Source: Hypanus sabinus (Eukaryota). From it: a stretch of 64,000 nt of DNA. The stretch is taken from assembly GCF_030144855.1 (NCBI RefSeq), contig NC_082706.1:150412001-150476000 (forward strand). The letters run 5' to 3'. Shown here piece by piece: positions 51,545 through 64,000 of the stretch. A program made the position numbers and the translations under genes. Below the pieces are notes generated by a model. That model saw only the letters and a list, made by a program, of their open reading frames with translations. It made no database searches and had not been told where the DNA came from. The first letter of the stretch is position 1. Each line of letters starts with the position of its first letter.

Positions 51545-52170
51545 AAAAAGACTGCAATGCTGGAATCTAGAGCAAACACAGAAAACTGGTAAAATTCATG
51601 CATTAAGCACCATCTGTGGATGTAAGAGGAATAGACCCTGTATAAGGATTAAGAGAAAACAGGAAAGGTTTTTGTATATTGTAGTACATAGGCAGTGGGA
51701 TAGAGGCTGGCAGATGAAAGGTGGAAACTGATGGGGAGGAGATGATGCACGGATGGAACCAGGTGAGGCAAGGAGATGGGAGGGGGGTGAACAAAGGGAG
51801 AAGAAAACTAGAGGACAGGTGAATTTGTGTGGGAGGAGAACATGAAGTTGTAGTTTACCTGAAATTGGAAAAGTCAATGTTCGTATCACTGGGTAGTAAA
51901 CTGCTCAAGCAGCAAACGCGATGTTGTTCTCACTGTTTGTGTTTGGCCCTTCCATAGCTATGGAGAAGACCAAGGACAGACTACACCATAGCCCACTCCA
52001 CATATCAGTTACCAGTCTCTGTTGAACTCCCCGGCATACCATTATAATCTGGCAATCTTTCCTGTTCCCTCTTAATCCTGATACAAGGCCTCAATCCAAA
52101 ATTTTGATTTACACCTTTTGCTTCCACAGGTGTTGATTGATCCAGTGAGTTCTTCAGGGTTCTGTTTTTG
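51545..52170. mobile_element. Old Penelope-like element with inverted terminal segment (minus ~51545-51980, plus ~51985-52170)
   Basis: Minus strand EQHRVCCLSSLLPSDTNIDFSNFR; plus-strand tail cttaatcctgatacaagg is inverted to ccctgtataaggattaag. Confidence 0.65.
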
Positions 52171-52951
52171 TAGCAAATTTTAAAAACTGCAAAGGAACAA
52201 AGCCTTTAAACATGGGAGAGTCAATTAGCAGCTAATCCGTAATTATACATTGCTGCTTTGTTCCTACTACTGAGTGCTTGTTAGATAGAGTATTTGTCCA
52301 ATATAGCACAATTTTGTTCAATGCATTTCATCCTGATGGATATCATGATCTGCTTACTAGTGTAACCCACATTTACATGGATGTCAACAACTCTCACACG
52401 ACAAATATTTATGCATACATCAGTTAATATGCTTGAACCTAATTAGCACCTTGGTGTCCATATAATGAGGAATTACAGAGATGAATTTTGAAGCCTATGT
52501 GTCCACCATTTTGTTCTTTTAGAACCCTCCCTTTGCATTTCCTGATAAGGAATCTGTACATATAGATTTTTAAAATTGCTCGGGTAAACGCCCAAGTAAT
52601 AATTGTAAATCTTTCAGTAGCAAAAGCCATATCTAACATGATTAATGTGGCCTGTAAATATCACCTATTTATCTGTACTCCTTCCCTCTGCTATAGTGAC
52701 AGTGCAATTTATGTGCCAGAAGCTGCAAAATTGATGCTTTAGCTCTTTCAATGTCTGTAATGGAAGTGAAAAGCTAGTTATTTGTATCTGTATTTTGTTT
52801 TAAAGCTTATAAAGTTATTTTTGTGAAGAAATGTACTGTACATAATTTGTATGAAATGTAGAACAGTTCTTCTTTCCATGTCAGTGAGAATGTATCATTT
52901 AATGAATCTCTAGACTGACAAAATATTTTTAAACCTGCAGAAATAAAAAAA

Positions 52952-53340
52952 ACATAAGAAAATAGCAGTAGTAGACCCTTCAAACTTTTCCTACCTTCAA
53001 TATCATCATGGTTGATCTATGCCTCAACTACTTTTCTGTGCCAGTTCCCCATCAATGTTTATCTATTTCCACCTCAAATATATCTAATGATCTAAGGTTC
53101 TGGCTTCCACTATTCCCAAGGCCAGAGAATTGCAGAGATTCACTATCCTTTGAGAGAAGAAATTTCCATGCACTTCAGATTTACATGATCATTCCCTATT
53201 TGTAGTAATGCCTCCATTTTTTCTGACTCTCCCACCAGTGCAAACATCTCAACATCCATCCTACCAAGCCCCCTTAGGATCTTAAATATTTGCATAATGT
53301 CAACTCTCTTTTTTCTCAACTCCAAGTGATACAACTTTAA
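52952..53340 (-). mobile_element. Old CR1 3' fragment
   Basis: IMQIFKILRGLGRMDVEMFALVGES on the minus strand. Confidence 0.65.
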
Positions 53341-53401
53341 TATTCTATGCTAAGCATGGAAGGAACAAGTACGTAAACTGTACTCTTTCCTTACTGGTCA
53401 T

Positions 53402-53613
53402 TGTGGTGAACCTATATCTGTCTGGACATGCCCCCCTGCTGACTGCTCCTGTGGCTCCTCCCACAGACCCCTGTATAAAGGTGATTGGAGGCACTGCTCC
53501 CCCCTCAGTCTCCAGGATGTTGTGTGGTGGGCTCTTGCTGCTGACGGCTCAATTCCATTGAATAAAAGCCTATATCTCGCCTCACGTCTCTGAGAGTTAT
53601 TGATGGTGCATCA
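53402..53613 (+). mobile_element. Solo LTR (212 bp) of the Gypsy family seen at 5406-6403
   Basis: TG...CA termini; TATAAA ~53475; AATAAA at 53561; 5-bp TSD gtcat/gttat (1 mismatch); last 29 bp identical to minus-strand 6369-6397. Confidence 0.9.
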
Positions 53614-56429
53614 GTTATAAAGCCATACTTAACTTTTAGTAATCAATTGGATAGATGCAGTGCGAAAATATTGTTGCATTTTAAGGCCCATTGGCATCTC
53701 ACTTGTATAGATCATCTAGCAAGCTGAACATAGGCTTCATTTTTTCTTTGGCTCTTAATAGTTGAGAAAAGCAAAAGAACTTCAATTTTATATACAAAAC
53801 CAGATCTGAATCTGTACCAGTGGGCTTGGGAATAGAAAACGTAGACATTAGTAGTGCTGAGAAATTATAGTGTGGTATAAAACATTCCCTCCTAATCTTC
53901 CCCCACTATTCCCTGAGACAAAGCAATCAATGAGTCAAAGTATCTTACTGAGGCTCAAAGGAATGTGAAAACTATTCCTGTCCTTTATACTCCGTCTTCC
54001 ATGAGGAATATTGTAGCTATCCCATGATCTGTATCATGATGCTTACTTTCTTTACACTTCCCTGTGCTTTAATTTGCAAAGTTGGCTGCCGTACAACACA
54101 GAAACATGTTCTAGATTTCCTGTGTATGAAATTTACTTAGGGCTGTATCCTGCAGTGGAGTGAAATGTCATTCTATAATTTAGAAGAATTGCTGCAAATC
54201 AATGTTTCCCTTTGAAGCTTGGTCAAACTTCCATCACCTGTTTCTTCAATGCCTCCTTTATTGTGCACACCAAGTTATTCACTTCCCCACTTGAAGGTGG
54301 GTGATAAAGATATGTGAAATAGTTATTGATTCATTTGCTTCTCATTAGCTGTTCAAAGCATTTGGCCATTGTCTGATATGACTTCTTCCAGTAGACAATG
54401 ATAGACAAATACAGATTTGGCAAACATGTACCCTACTTCCACCATCTTGAATAACTGTTGATTAATACTATATATATTTTTTATCAGACTTTTGTATTAT
54501 GGTTTCCATAAGTCAGGCATTCATAACCCAGGGATGGCCTATATCCATTTGCTGTGGCAAGAAGAATGTTTTCTTGCTTCTGTAAGGTATATGGTTTCCT
54601 TTCTACATTCATTGAAACTTCTACTTTAAGCAGCCTATGCAAGAAATGAGCTGTAGAATTTAGTTTGGATGCTTTATAATCAGTGTCACAGTTGTGTTGA
54701 TTCTGTAGGATGACCCACTTTTGCATCCCACGTAGGGAATGGTAGACCTCAATGCCAGAATGGTCAAGCTAGCTACAAGTACAAATGCCCTTCCTGAATG
54801 GAACAGGTGAAGCCTTACTGTGCCAGTATCTGGTGGGAATGTTGTATTGGCTCACATCTCTTATGATTTTAACCTATTTTGTAGCTTGGTGTATGAGTGC
54901 AGCTTCATGTGGATATTAGTTTTCAAGTAGAGTTGTTTTTCTTCATCTATATTAAGATCAGCATTATCAGGAGACAGGTCTAGCTTAGTGAAGATCCTTC
55001 ATCTCTGTTGATTCGATTAAATCTTCAGACTTGGGCATACTTCTGACGTTGTGCATCAATTCATACAGGTAATTTAATCTATTTTGGGTTTTTTTGGGCA
55101 AGGAGGGAGTGTATCTTAAATACACACTATTTAAAATGGACTACTTACATTAATCATTCCTTTCTGTGTTTTTCTATTACAATTGTTCTTACACTTTTGC
55201 GATACTGCTTTCCACTTTTTAAAGTTTTGAAAATTCAAAGTATATTTGTTATCAAGTATGTATACATTATACAACCTTGAGATTTGTCTGCTTACAGCCA
55301 CCCACAAAGCCACAATGGTTGCAACAGACTCCCTTAGGGAGGTTATATCCCTTTGATTTCTATCTTAAATGGTTCACTTGTGCCAAATGATTTCCAATGC
55401 AGTAGTTGGAGCGCTTTACATCTGGGCACACATATGATCTGGATTTGAATGTGAACTTCCTGCAACCGTTCCTGACATTGATCCATATTACTTAGGCTAA
55501 GGATCCACTTGGGCTGAAACTTTGCACCCACTAAAATAATTTGTAGTTTCAGAGGCAATGTCCAAAGGGATAATGATTTAAATATCAATTTAAATGTAAA
55601 ATCTAAAGTTTTTAGGACTGGATAGGCTCATGTGTTAATTCACACATAACACCATAATCCACCTATGCCCTGAAGTTGCAATCCCATGCTAGATTTCCTG
55701 GAATGACTATGTAATTACTGATTTTTTTTCTGACCTCTAACTGTGGATTTAAATTGTTTAACTGTTCATGATGTCCGACAGTAAAATGTTTATGCTGCTT
55801 TTCTAATGGGACAAGTCATTTGCCATCAGCAATTTGGCATCTAACTCAATTTTTACGTATAGATTTGTCTTCCTGTGTTCACATGTCCCTTTTTGGTACC
55901 ATCTTCAATCTCCGTCTTTATTTCAACAATGTTATTTGCCCTGAAAAGCTTTTCTATTAATTTGATGTATGAGAGGAAGAGCTCCTGCATTTTAATGTAA
56001 ACATCAAGATCTCCTGTTGCTGATCTGGGAATGGACTGCCACTTCATGCTGTCTTCCACTTCAGCTGTTTCTAAATATGCCTCTTTATTCACAACAAATT
56101 TGTAGCCATGCCATTTGTTTTCCTCATGAACCTCAGCCATCACAATTTATAAAGAGTTTCACAGAGGCAGCCCACTAACAGAATCATTTAATCACTCAGT
56201 GCCCTTGATGATTTCTTTTTGAAAGTGATGATTCCTTGCCAACTCATCCTTTTTCTCACTATAAATGATGAGTGCTTAGTGAATCCTTCATCGTTGACAA
56301 GCACATAGACTCTGCAGAACCTCAGCAATGCATGGTTAATTCAAGGGTCTTCACAAGCTCACTCTAGAATTTGCCGCAATTATTGAAGAACAGCTAGTCA
56401 CATAACGTATTCCTGAAAATTCGGCCTTC

Positions 56430-56740
56430 ATGTAACAACTATCGTTCACAATCAATACTAACTACACACAGGCAGCAGTTTTGGGTGATCTCAGGATGAT
56501 ACACATCAGAATGAGGGTAGCAAGCTAGGATTTGTGTTGGAAATATCAAGGACTGAGGCAGAAAAGACTGAATGAGGGCTTTAACAGCACAAGAGCTGAT
56601 GCAATAGTGAAGTTGGGGTGCTTTGGAGGGGAAATTAATGAGCTTTGTGATTGCACAAATGGTGTTTTGAACAGTAACGTGGCAAGCAGCTTCAAATTCA
56701 GCCAACTGCCAGGGAAAGGGATAGGACTGATAGCTAAGGA
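56430..56740 (-). mobile_element. Ancient L2 LINE fragment
   Basis: Degenerate ICAITKL..F..ISSCAVKALIQSF, resembling the L2 AITKTAYFHL..LSSSAAETLIHAF region. Confidence 0.5.
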
Positions 56741-57284
56741 CAAGGCTTACCATGAAAACCTAAGATGATAACATCAATTTTCCATATATCAAATAGAACA
56801 ATAGAGCATAGGAAAAAGCTATTTGACCCACCAATGATTGTGGCAAGCACGATAATGGCCTAACTAATCCCATCTGTAGATGCTTGAGATTTCTTCTGCT
56901 CTGTTACTAGGTATTGATCAAGTAACCTAATAATTTAGCAATAATGGAAGGGTTAAGAGATGATCTAATGGGGTAGCGTTGGACTTCATCAGTTTACATG
57001 TGGAAATCATGGGATTCTGCTTGGGTAATGTTGAAGAGGAACAGCAAGTAGATGAAAAGGTTGTGATACTTCCTTGGAGGTCTACAGATGAAAATGTGTA
57101 AGTACATAAAGAACTGTTAATCTCTATGAAAAATTAGATCAAAATGAGATAATGTATTTCTGTTGGGCTGCTTAATGACTGTACACTTGGGCAAGCATTA
57201 TTACCAAATTCTGGCTTCCATAATTTCCTTCCATTCTTAATCTAGAGAAACAAGCAAAGATTCCATATTCCTGAAATATGGAAT

Positions 57285-58060
57285 CTTCACAATGTCAAAG
57301 ATCAGCTCCGTTACTTTGCTGATATTGAGGGCAAGGTTGTGCTCATGGCACACTGAGATCTCTATCTCCTTCTTGTACTCTGTCTCACCATTGTTTGAAA
57401 TCCATCCCACTATAGTTGTATTATCTGCAAACTTATACAGGGAGTTGAAGCAGGACCTGGCCACACAGATGTGAGTGTATAGGCTGGATGAATGGGTTGA
57501 AGGTCGAACTTCACATGGCACTAGAGTTGAGGGCAATCATGAAGGATGTGTTGTTACCTTTCTTTACTGATTACAACGGGATGTCAAGGATCCGCTTGGC
57601 AAGGGTGTTGTGTGTAGGGCCAGGAAAATGGCATCTGCCATAGGCCTGTTTCAGTGGTAGGGTAGGCAAATTGCAGTGAGTTGAGGTTTTCTGGGAGGGT
57701 GGAGTTGATGTCTGCTATGACGAACATCTTGAAGCTCTTTGTGATAATGGATATCAAAACCATTGGGCACGTTAATGGCATGTTACTTTATTTTTATTCA
57801 GTACTGGAAAGACTGTGGTCTTGTTAAAGAAATTAAGAGTGTTGGATTGGAGGATGAAGAGGTTAAAGATATTTGTGAATACTTGCATGCATGATTTGAG
57901 GATGTGGCTGGGGACTCTATCCAAGCCAGTTACCTTCCACGGACTCCCCCTCTGGAAGGCCAATATGATGTCTGTAATGGTGACCATGTGTACAAATGCA
58001 TTAAAGTTTGTCAGAGCAGGTGGCTTCATTTCACTGACTTTCTGTTTGAAATGAGCATTG
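57285..58060 (-). mobile_element. Rex1/Babar-like RT fragment
   Basis: KVTGLDRVPSHILKSC..VFTNIFNL, LNSLQFAY, SLYKFADNTTIVG. Confidence 0.85.
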
Positions 58061-58429
58061 AGCTCATTGAGAAGTGATATGTTGCCAATGATGCTGCCAA
58101 CATTGCTTGTTGTCCACAGAAGGATTAAGATAAATGAGTTTTGACAGTGAGTTCAAAGGTTGTTTCAGTGTTGTTTACTATGAGTCTATTTGCTTTCTTA
58201 CCTATTTTGTAGGTACACTACCTGTAGGCTGAAAAATTCAAGGTCACCCATGTTACTCCATCAGAACTCAGGTCCCTAGACCAAGGTTTTGGTCTGTGTT
58301 CCTTTCTGTTCAATGTCACTGATACTTGAATAACTTTTTAAACTCTTACAGTCCAGAATTAGATATAGAAACCAAAGTGCATAAGTTTCAACCCTTTTTG
58401 GTTAATTATGAAGGAAGTAAACTTTTTTC

Positions 58430-59620
58430 AAGTGAGATTCCAAACGCAATGTGTTTTCAGTGTTGATTTTAAAATGAGTCCTGTCCTCATAGCCACACTA
58501 TTTATGTTTGTGGTGCTTTTATGTTTTTGATAAATGGTGAACTCCCAGAATGGTGATGTAGTGATTTATAATGATAATGCCATTGGAGATTAAGAGTAAG
58601 TCTTTCTGTTGTTGGACATGGCCATTCTCTGACATATTTGAGATACAAATGTTACTTGCCATTTAAAGTATCAACCCAAGCATAACTGTTGTTTACGGTC
58701 ATGCTGCATAAAGGCACGAGCAAGTTCATTTGTTGAGTAGTGAATGGAATTATCAGCATAATCCTCATTTATGACCTTATGAAGGAAGTAGTGTCACTGA
58801 TGAAGTAACTGAATATGCTTGGGCCTAACAACTCCTGTAATGATGTCTTGGATGATTGGCCTCTGATGACTATGGTCATCTTCCTTTGAGTAAGATACAA
58901 TCCCAAAAAACACCTGATACCTATCAAAGCCAATATTCTAATGAGGCCTTGATATGACCATTGGTCAAATGATGTAAACGGCAGTCATTCTTACCTGTGG
59001 TATTCGTCTTTTTGGTCCAAGTTTGGATCAAGGCAATGAAGAACTTTAGAGGTGTGGAGCAGAGAAGTCCTGACAATACCTAGGCATCCATAAGTAGGCT
59101 ATTGGTAACATCGTTGGCAACAGTTTTCATTACTTTTTGATGACTGAGAGTAGAATGAGTAGTAATTAGTCAAGTTAGATATCTTCTGCTTTTTTGTGAA
59201 CTGTATGAATTTGGATGAACTTTACCATATTGTGAGTAAATGCCAATATTGCAGCTACACTAGTACAGCTTATTTAGAAGCATTGTTATTGTAGTGTACT
59301 GTAGGTCATCAGAACAGCAGCTGGGGTACTCTTTTGCCCCATAGCTGTTGCAGTATTCAGTGTTGTTACTTATATTTCGGGGAGAATCGAAATGGTTGAA
59401 AACTGGTTTCTGTGATGGTATGATCTCAGGAGGAAGTTATGACAGGTTATCTATTCACTGAACATGGTTTTGTCATATTTTTTGCAGTCTCTTCCTTATG
59501 TTAGCTGTTTAATTGTTCACAATCATTCTAAATTAGCAGTGGTAGGATTACTGACTTTCAAACTAATCCTTGGTTGTGGGATTGCTTAGCTGTGTCTAAG
59601 GTGTGATTTCTTAACGTTCA
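58430..59620 (-). mobile_element. Ancient CR1-group LINE remnant
   Basis: Highly decayed RT-like stretches (KWQVTFVSQICQRMAMS, FDQWSYQGL) on the minus strand. Confidence 0.45.
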
Positions 59621-59799
59621 ATACAGGCAACTCTCATGTTACGGCCAATTGATTTACAAAAATTCATCCTTACAGAATTCATAAATCAATACTCAAAAAA
59701 ATTGTTACAGAGTAACAGTCACTCTCATGGAATTTATGTGAAACAACAAAAAATTAATAAACAATAAATAAAAAAATTTCAGAATGTGTTTCGTGACAT

Positions 59800-62745
59800 A
59801 TGTGCAGACATCTGTGCAGGTAAGCAAGTGTGCATTTAAAAGCAATGCTTCATGGGAGTTTTGGCATTTGAACAGCAGCCAATCAGAGATCAAAAGCAAG
59901 AGAAGAGGTACCTCACGCAGGTTGGTGAATGTGCATTACAAAGCACTGCTTCTCAGGAGTTTTGATGCTTGAACAGCATCCAATCAGAGTTTGGGATTCA
60001 TTAGCAAAGGCAAAAAATATAGGGCAGGGGCAAGTGGAGCTGCCTTTATTTGAGTGACAATTGTTGGAGTGGATAGTGTCAGAATGAGGATTTGAGGCTT
60101 CAGCAAGGAAAGGCTTGAATGACAGAAGGCAAGAAGCTGTAGGTAGATTTTTTTTTCCAGTTTATTTAGTTATTGCTTCCTTTTTTATAATTGCATAGTT
60201 AGTGTAGTAGGAATGCCAGGCAAGATAGTTGAATGCTCTTCTGACAGGATATGGGAAGTCTTGGAGTCCTCCAGTGTCCCTAACAACTTAACCTGCAAAA
60301 AGTGCATCCAGCTACAGCTTTGAGCACTCCGCATTAAGGAGATGGAACTGAAACTGAGCAACATATGGACCATTCAAGAGGCCGGGGGAGGGTGGTGGTG
60401 ACAGGTCATATAGAGAGATAGTTACTCCCACCAGGGAGCAGGACATGGGAAACTGGGTGACTTTCAGAAGGGTGAAAGGGGTTAAGCAGCCAATGCAGAG
60501 TACCCCTGTGGCTATCTCCTCAACAACACGTAAGCCACTTTGGATATTGTTTTAGGGGGAGGTGGGGTAGTGACCTAGCAATGGAAAGTCGCAGCAGTCC
60601 AATCTCTGGCAGTAAGTCTGATTCTGTAGCTCAGAAGGGAAGGGAGAGGGAAGAGGCAAGCTATTGTGACAGGAGATTTTTTAGTTAGAGGACCAGAAAT
60701 TAGGTTCTGTGGATGAGAATGAGATTGCCAGATGATATGTTGCCTCCTGGGTGCCAAGGACCAGGACATTTTGGATCAAGTCCTCAGCATTCTTAAATGG
60801 GAGGGTAAGCAGCCAGAGAACATGGCCCCTATAGGTGCCAATGACATAGGTAGGAAGAGGAACAAAGTGCGGCAAAGTGAGTTCAGTGAGTTTGATGTTA
60901 AGTTAAAGGACAGGACCTCCAGGGTTGTGATCTTAGTATTACTATCCATGCCACATGGTAGTGAGGCTGGTGTGGAAGACACTAGCAGTATCTCTGATGT
61001 TGTAGTGTGTGAAGGGAGAGAAGTGGGTGCAGTTACTATTACAAAAGAGAAGGTGCTCAAAAAGCTGAAAGATCTGAAGGCACGCAAGTCACCCGGACCA
61101 GATGAACGGCACCCTTAGATTCTGAAAGAGGTAGAATTAGAGACTGTGGTGGCATTAGGAATGATCTTTCAAAAATCATTGCTCTCCATGGTAATAGAGG
61201 ACTAAAAAATTGCAAATGTCACTCCACTCTTTAAAAAAAAGAGAAAGGCAGCAGAAAGGAAATTATGAAGCTCAGTGATTGGGAAGATGTTAGAGTCAAT
61301 TGTTAAGGATGAGGTGATGGAGTACTTGGTGACACAGGGCAAGATAGTACAAAGTCAACATGGTTTCTTTCAGAGAAAATCCTGCCTGACAAACCTGTTG
61401 GAATTCTTTGAGGAGATTATAAGTAGGACACATAAAAGGGGAGCAGTGGATGTTATATATTTGGACTTTCAGACAGCCTTTGACAAGGTGCCACACATTA
61501 AGATCCCATGGTATTACAGGAAAGTTACTAACATGTTTAGAGCATTGGCTAAATGGTAGAAGGCAGTAAGTGGGAATAAAAGGATCCTTTTTTGATTGGC
61601 TGCCAGTGACTAGTGGTGTTCTGCAGGCATCGGTGTTGGGACCACTTCTTTTTATGCTGTATATAAATGACTTAGATGTTGGAATAACACACACAAAATG
61701 CTGGTGGAACACAGCAGGCCAGGCAGCATCTACAAGGAGAAGCACTGTCGATGTTTCAATAGTTCTAGAATACAGGATCAAGGATGCCTGGAAGTGATGA
61801 ATAAGAAGGGTGTAACCACATTATAGAGCTATATTATAGTCCACCCAATAGTCTATAGGACTTTGAGGAACAAATCTGTAGAGAGGTCTTGTCCAGATGG
61901 AAAAATGGGCTGAAAAATGCCAGCTGAAATTTAATGCAGACAAGTGTGAGGTGTTGCACTTTGGATGAACCAATCAGTGTAGGTCTTTCACAGTGTGTGG
62001 TAGGGAACTGAGGAACTTAGCAGAAGAAAAGGACCTGGGAATACAGATCTATAATTCATTGAAATTGGCGGCATAGGTAGATAGGATCGTAAAGATAGCT
62101 TTTGGTATATTGGCTTTCACAGATCAAAGTATTGAGTACAGGAATTGAGATGTTATGTTTAAGTTGTATAAGACATTAGTGAAACCTAATTTGGAGTATT
62201 GTGTGCAGTTTTGGTCACCTACCTACAGGAAAGATGCAAGTAAAATTGAAAGAGCACAGTGAAAATTCACAAGGTTGTTGCTGGGACTGGAGGACCTAGT
62301 TTTAAAGACAGATTGAATGAGTTAGAACTTCATTCCCTAGAATGTAAAAGAATGAGGGGTGATTTGACAGAGTATACAAAATTATGAGGGGTATAGATCC
62401 GGTAAATGCATGCAGGCTTTTTCCACTGAGGTTGGGTGGGACTACAACTAGAGGTCATGGGTTAAGGGTGAAAAGTGAAATATTTAAAGAAAACATATGA
62501 GGAAACTTCTTCACTAAATGTTTGGTGAAAGTTTGGAATGACTGCTAGCACAAGTGCAGGATGCAAATTTGATTTCAACATTTAAGAGAAGTTTGGATAG
62601 GTACATGGATGGGATGGGTATGGAGAGCTATGGTCCTGGTGCACGTCAACGGGACTAGGCTCATTAAATAGTTAGTTCAGCATGGTCTAGATGGACTGAA
62701 GGCCCTGTTCTGTGCTGTGGTTTTCTTTGACTCTATGACTCTATA
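59800..62745 (+). mobile_element. Mosaic CR1 LINE: 5'UTR, ORF1 zinc finger/esterase, large deletions, RT, PLE piece (61686-61757), and EN/3' end of a second CR1 type
   Basis: MPGKIVECSSDRIWEV..TCKKCIQLQL; CCLLGAKDQD..IGANDIGRK joined directly to KSPGPD; YINDLDVGI then a PLE arm; tail (ctatgact)n. Confidence 0.9.
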
Positions 62746-62827
62746 ACACGGCTTCTCTGTTGGCTAAAAAAAAAATTAAGAACTGTAAAACAGAAATGGC
62801 ATAGTTGTAGTAAAGAAAGTCTGTGAC

Positions 62828-63013
62828 CTGAAGTAATCTGAGCTCCGTGCTTGGCTGTTTTGGATTGAACTGATCTGATTCAGAGAGGACAAAGAAAGTA
62901 ACATGAGGCACAAGTCTGGTGGAAGGTAATACTGTTTTTAGCCTTGGGCCGATCCCATAAGAAGCTGATACAGATAAGCCTAAGCCAGCAAAATCAGAAC
63001 ACAATTCCTCAAT
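62828..63013 (-). CDS. Candidate internal coding exon (186 nt, phase 0/0) of an unidentified host gene
   Basis: Acceptor tttttatcttctttcttaccag; only one open frame: IEELCSDFAGLGLSVSASYGIGPRLKTVLPSTRLVPHVTFFVLSESDQFNPKQPSTELRLLQ; weak donor CAG/gtcaca; no TE motif recognised. Confidence 0.5.
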
Positions 63014-64000
63014 CTGGTAAGAAAGAAGATAAAAATTGAGAATTTTGGGAGTAGAATCAGTGGAAATTCTGAAGATCAATCATAGTGAAAGCAAACGAAT
63101 TCACGTCAAAAACATGGGGATTCTGTTGTTATCAAGAGGAATGTCTGGTCACTTCAAATTCCCAGGTGTTACCTTTTGTATTTTTTGACTGTTCAGGGAG
63201 TATCAGGGAAATCTAGTAAGTGTGTGCACAGATATTTCAGTTTGTATGACTTGCTTGTTTAGAGTCATAGGAACGTACAGACAGAAAACAATTTGTTTTT
63301 AACTGGACCAGTAATTGTAACTGTTAATTCTCTTTGTGCTTAGTCAATTATTGTTGTTGTAATGTCAGTTTTCTGAAAATTACAATGAAGGCTATTTCTT
63401 TAGGATTGCAATCCCACTCATAATACTGTGATCATCTATATTTATGCAGTCCTGTGTTGCAGCCACATCAGGATGTTACTGTGTCAATTCCAGAAATTTC
63501 CATTTTTGGTTAGAAAAATTGACTTAGAGATGTATGCGCATTGTTTTTATATGTGTCACATGCAGGAGTTACTATATATTTCTGATGGGACTAAGTAAAT
63601 AAATAAAATTCAAGTTGTACATTTCTGTACAGCAATTCCCAAATCAAAAGACATACGTACTGAAGTTTTAAAATGTGAATCTAGATGGGAGTAGAGATGA
63701 TAATTTTCTTCTCATGTCTCTAGTTTTGAAATCAGTCCATCATGATGAGATAAAAGTATGAATGTTTCACAGAGCAACATTACTCAGAATAATTTGGATA
63801 TACTTAGTTTAGTTGCTAATGGTTCAAAGTAAAGATGTCTACTGGTTCTTACTAAACTGATAATATTATTCAGGGAATTTAGAAAATGAATAGTATGAAA
63901 TGTGGAACATTCATAATAAACAGACCATCAATCTCAATCCAATCCTATTTTAATAAATATTTTGGAGCTCAGCTAAATGATTGTATAGCAGATACAGTGA

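Noticed and set aside
52830-52934. Minus-strand acceptor ttttttttatttctgcag
   Set aside because: T-run abuts a CR1 tail; no good donor, and frames close quickly
54480-56150. ORFs 54484-54726 and 55853-56143 as host exons
   Set aside because: No clear splice signals or recognisable domains; more likely very old LINE debris, too decayed to call
5283-61757. Recurring palindromic repeat as a CRISPR array or prokaryotic REP element
   Set aside because: Copies are dispersed, not regularly spaced; no cas genes; eukaryotic context; PLE linkage and long TSDs explain them

Overview
This is eukaryotic, not prokaryotic, DNA: an AT-rich, transposon-saturated vertebrate intronic/intergenic window. The repeat complement points to a cartilaginous fish, probably a ray or skate (inference): CR1 LINEs with an SGNH-esterase ORF1, Rex1/Babar, L2, RTE and L1 LINEs, Penelope-like elements (PLE), a tRNA-derived V-SINE, Tc1/mariner derivatives, Gypsy remnants and two solo LTRs. 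Nearly every ORF in the track is a decayed TE fragment, an antisense shadow of one, or a short ORF with no recognisable product. The only host-gene candidate is one 186-nt phase 0/0 exon on the minus strand (62828-63013). Most notable: (1) a dispersed family of short PLE-derived elements carrying minimal hammerhead-ribozyme motifs, which form fold-back hairpins whose inversion points fall inside the ribozyme, three of them with 13-14 bp TSDs; (2) one such hairpin holding a ~1 kb Gypsy gag fragment at its apex between 7-bp direct repeats, with the matching solo LTR 47 kb away; (3) a second doubly truncated fragment (L1) inserted between 6-bp direct repeats; (4) a dead PLE/CR1 chimera duplicated 36 kb apart with matching ends; (5) a mariner fold-back with nested TIRs. 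Family names rest on recognised motifs, not database searches, and boundaries of old repeats are approximate.
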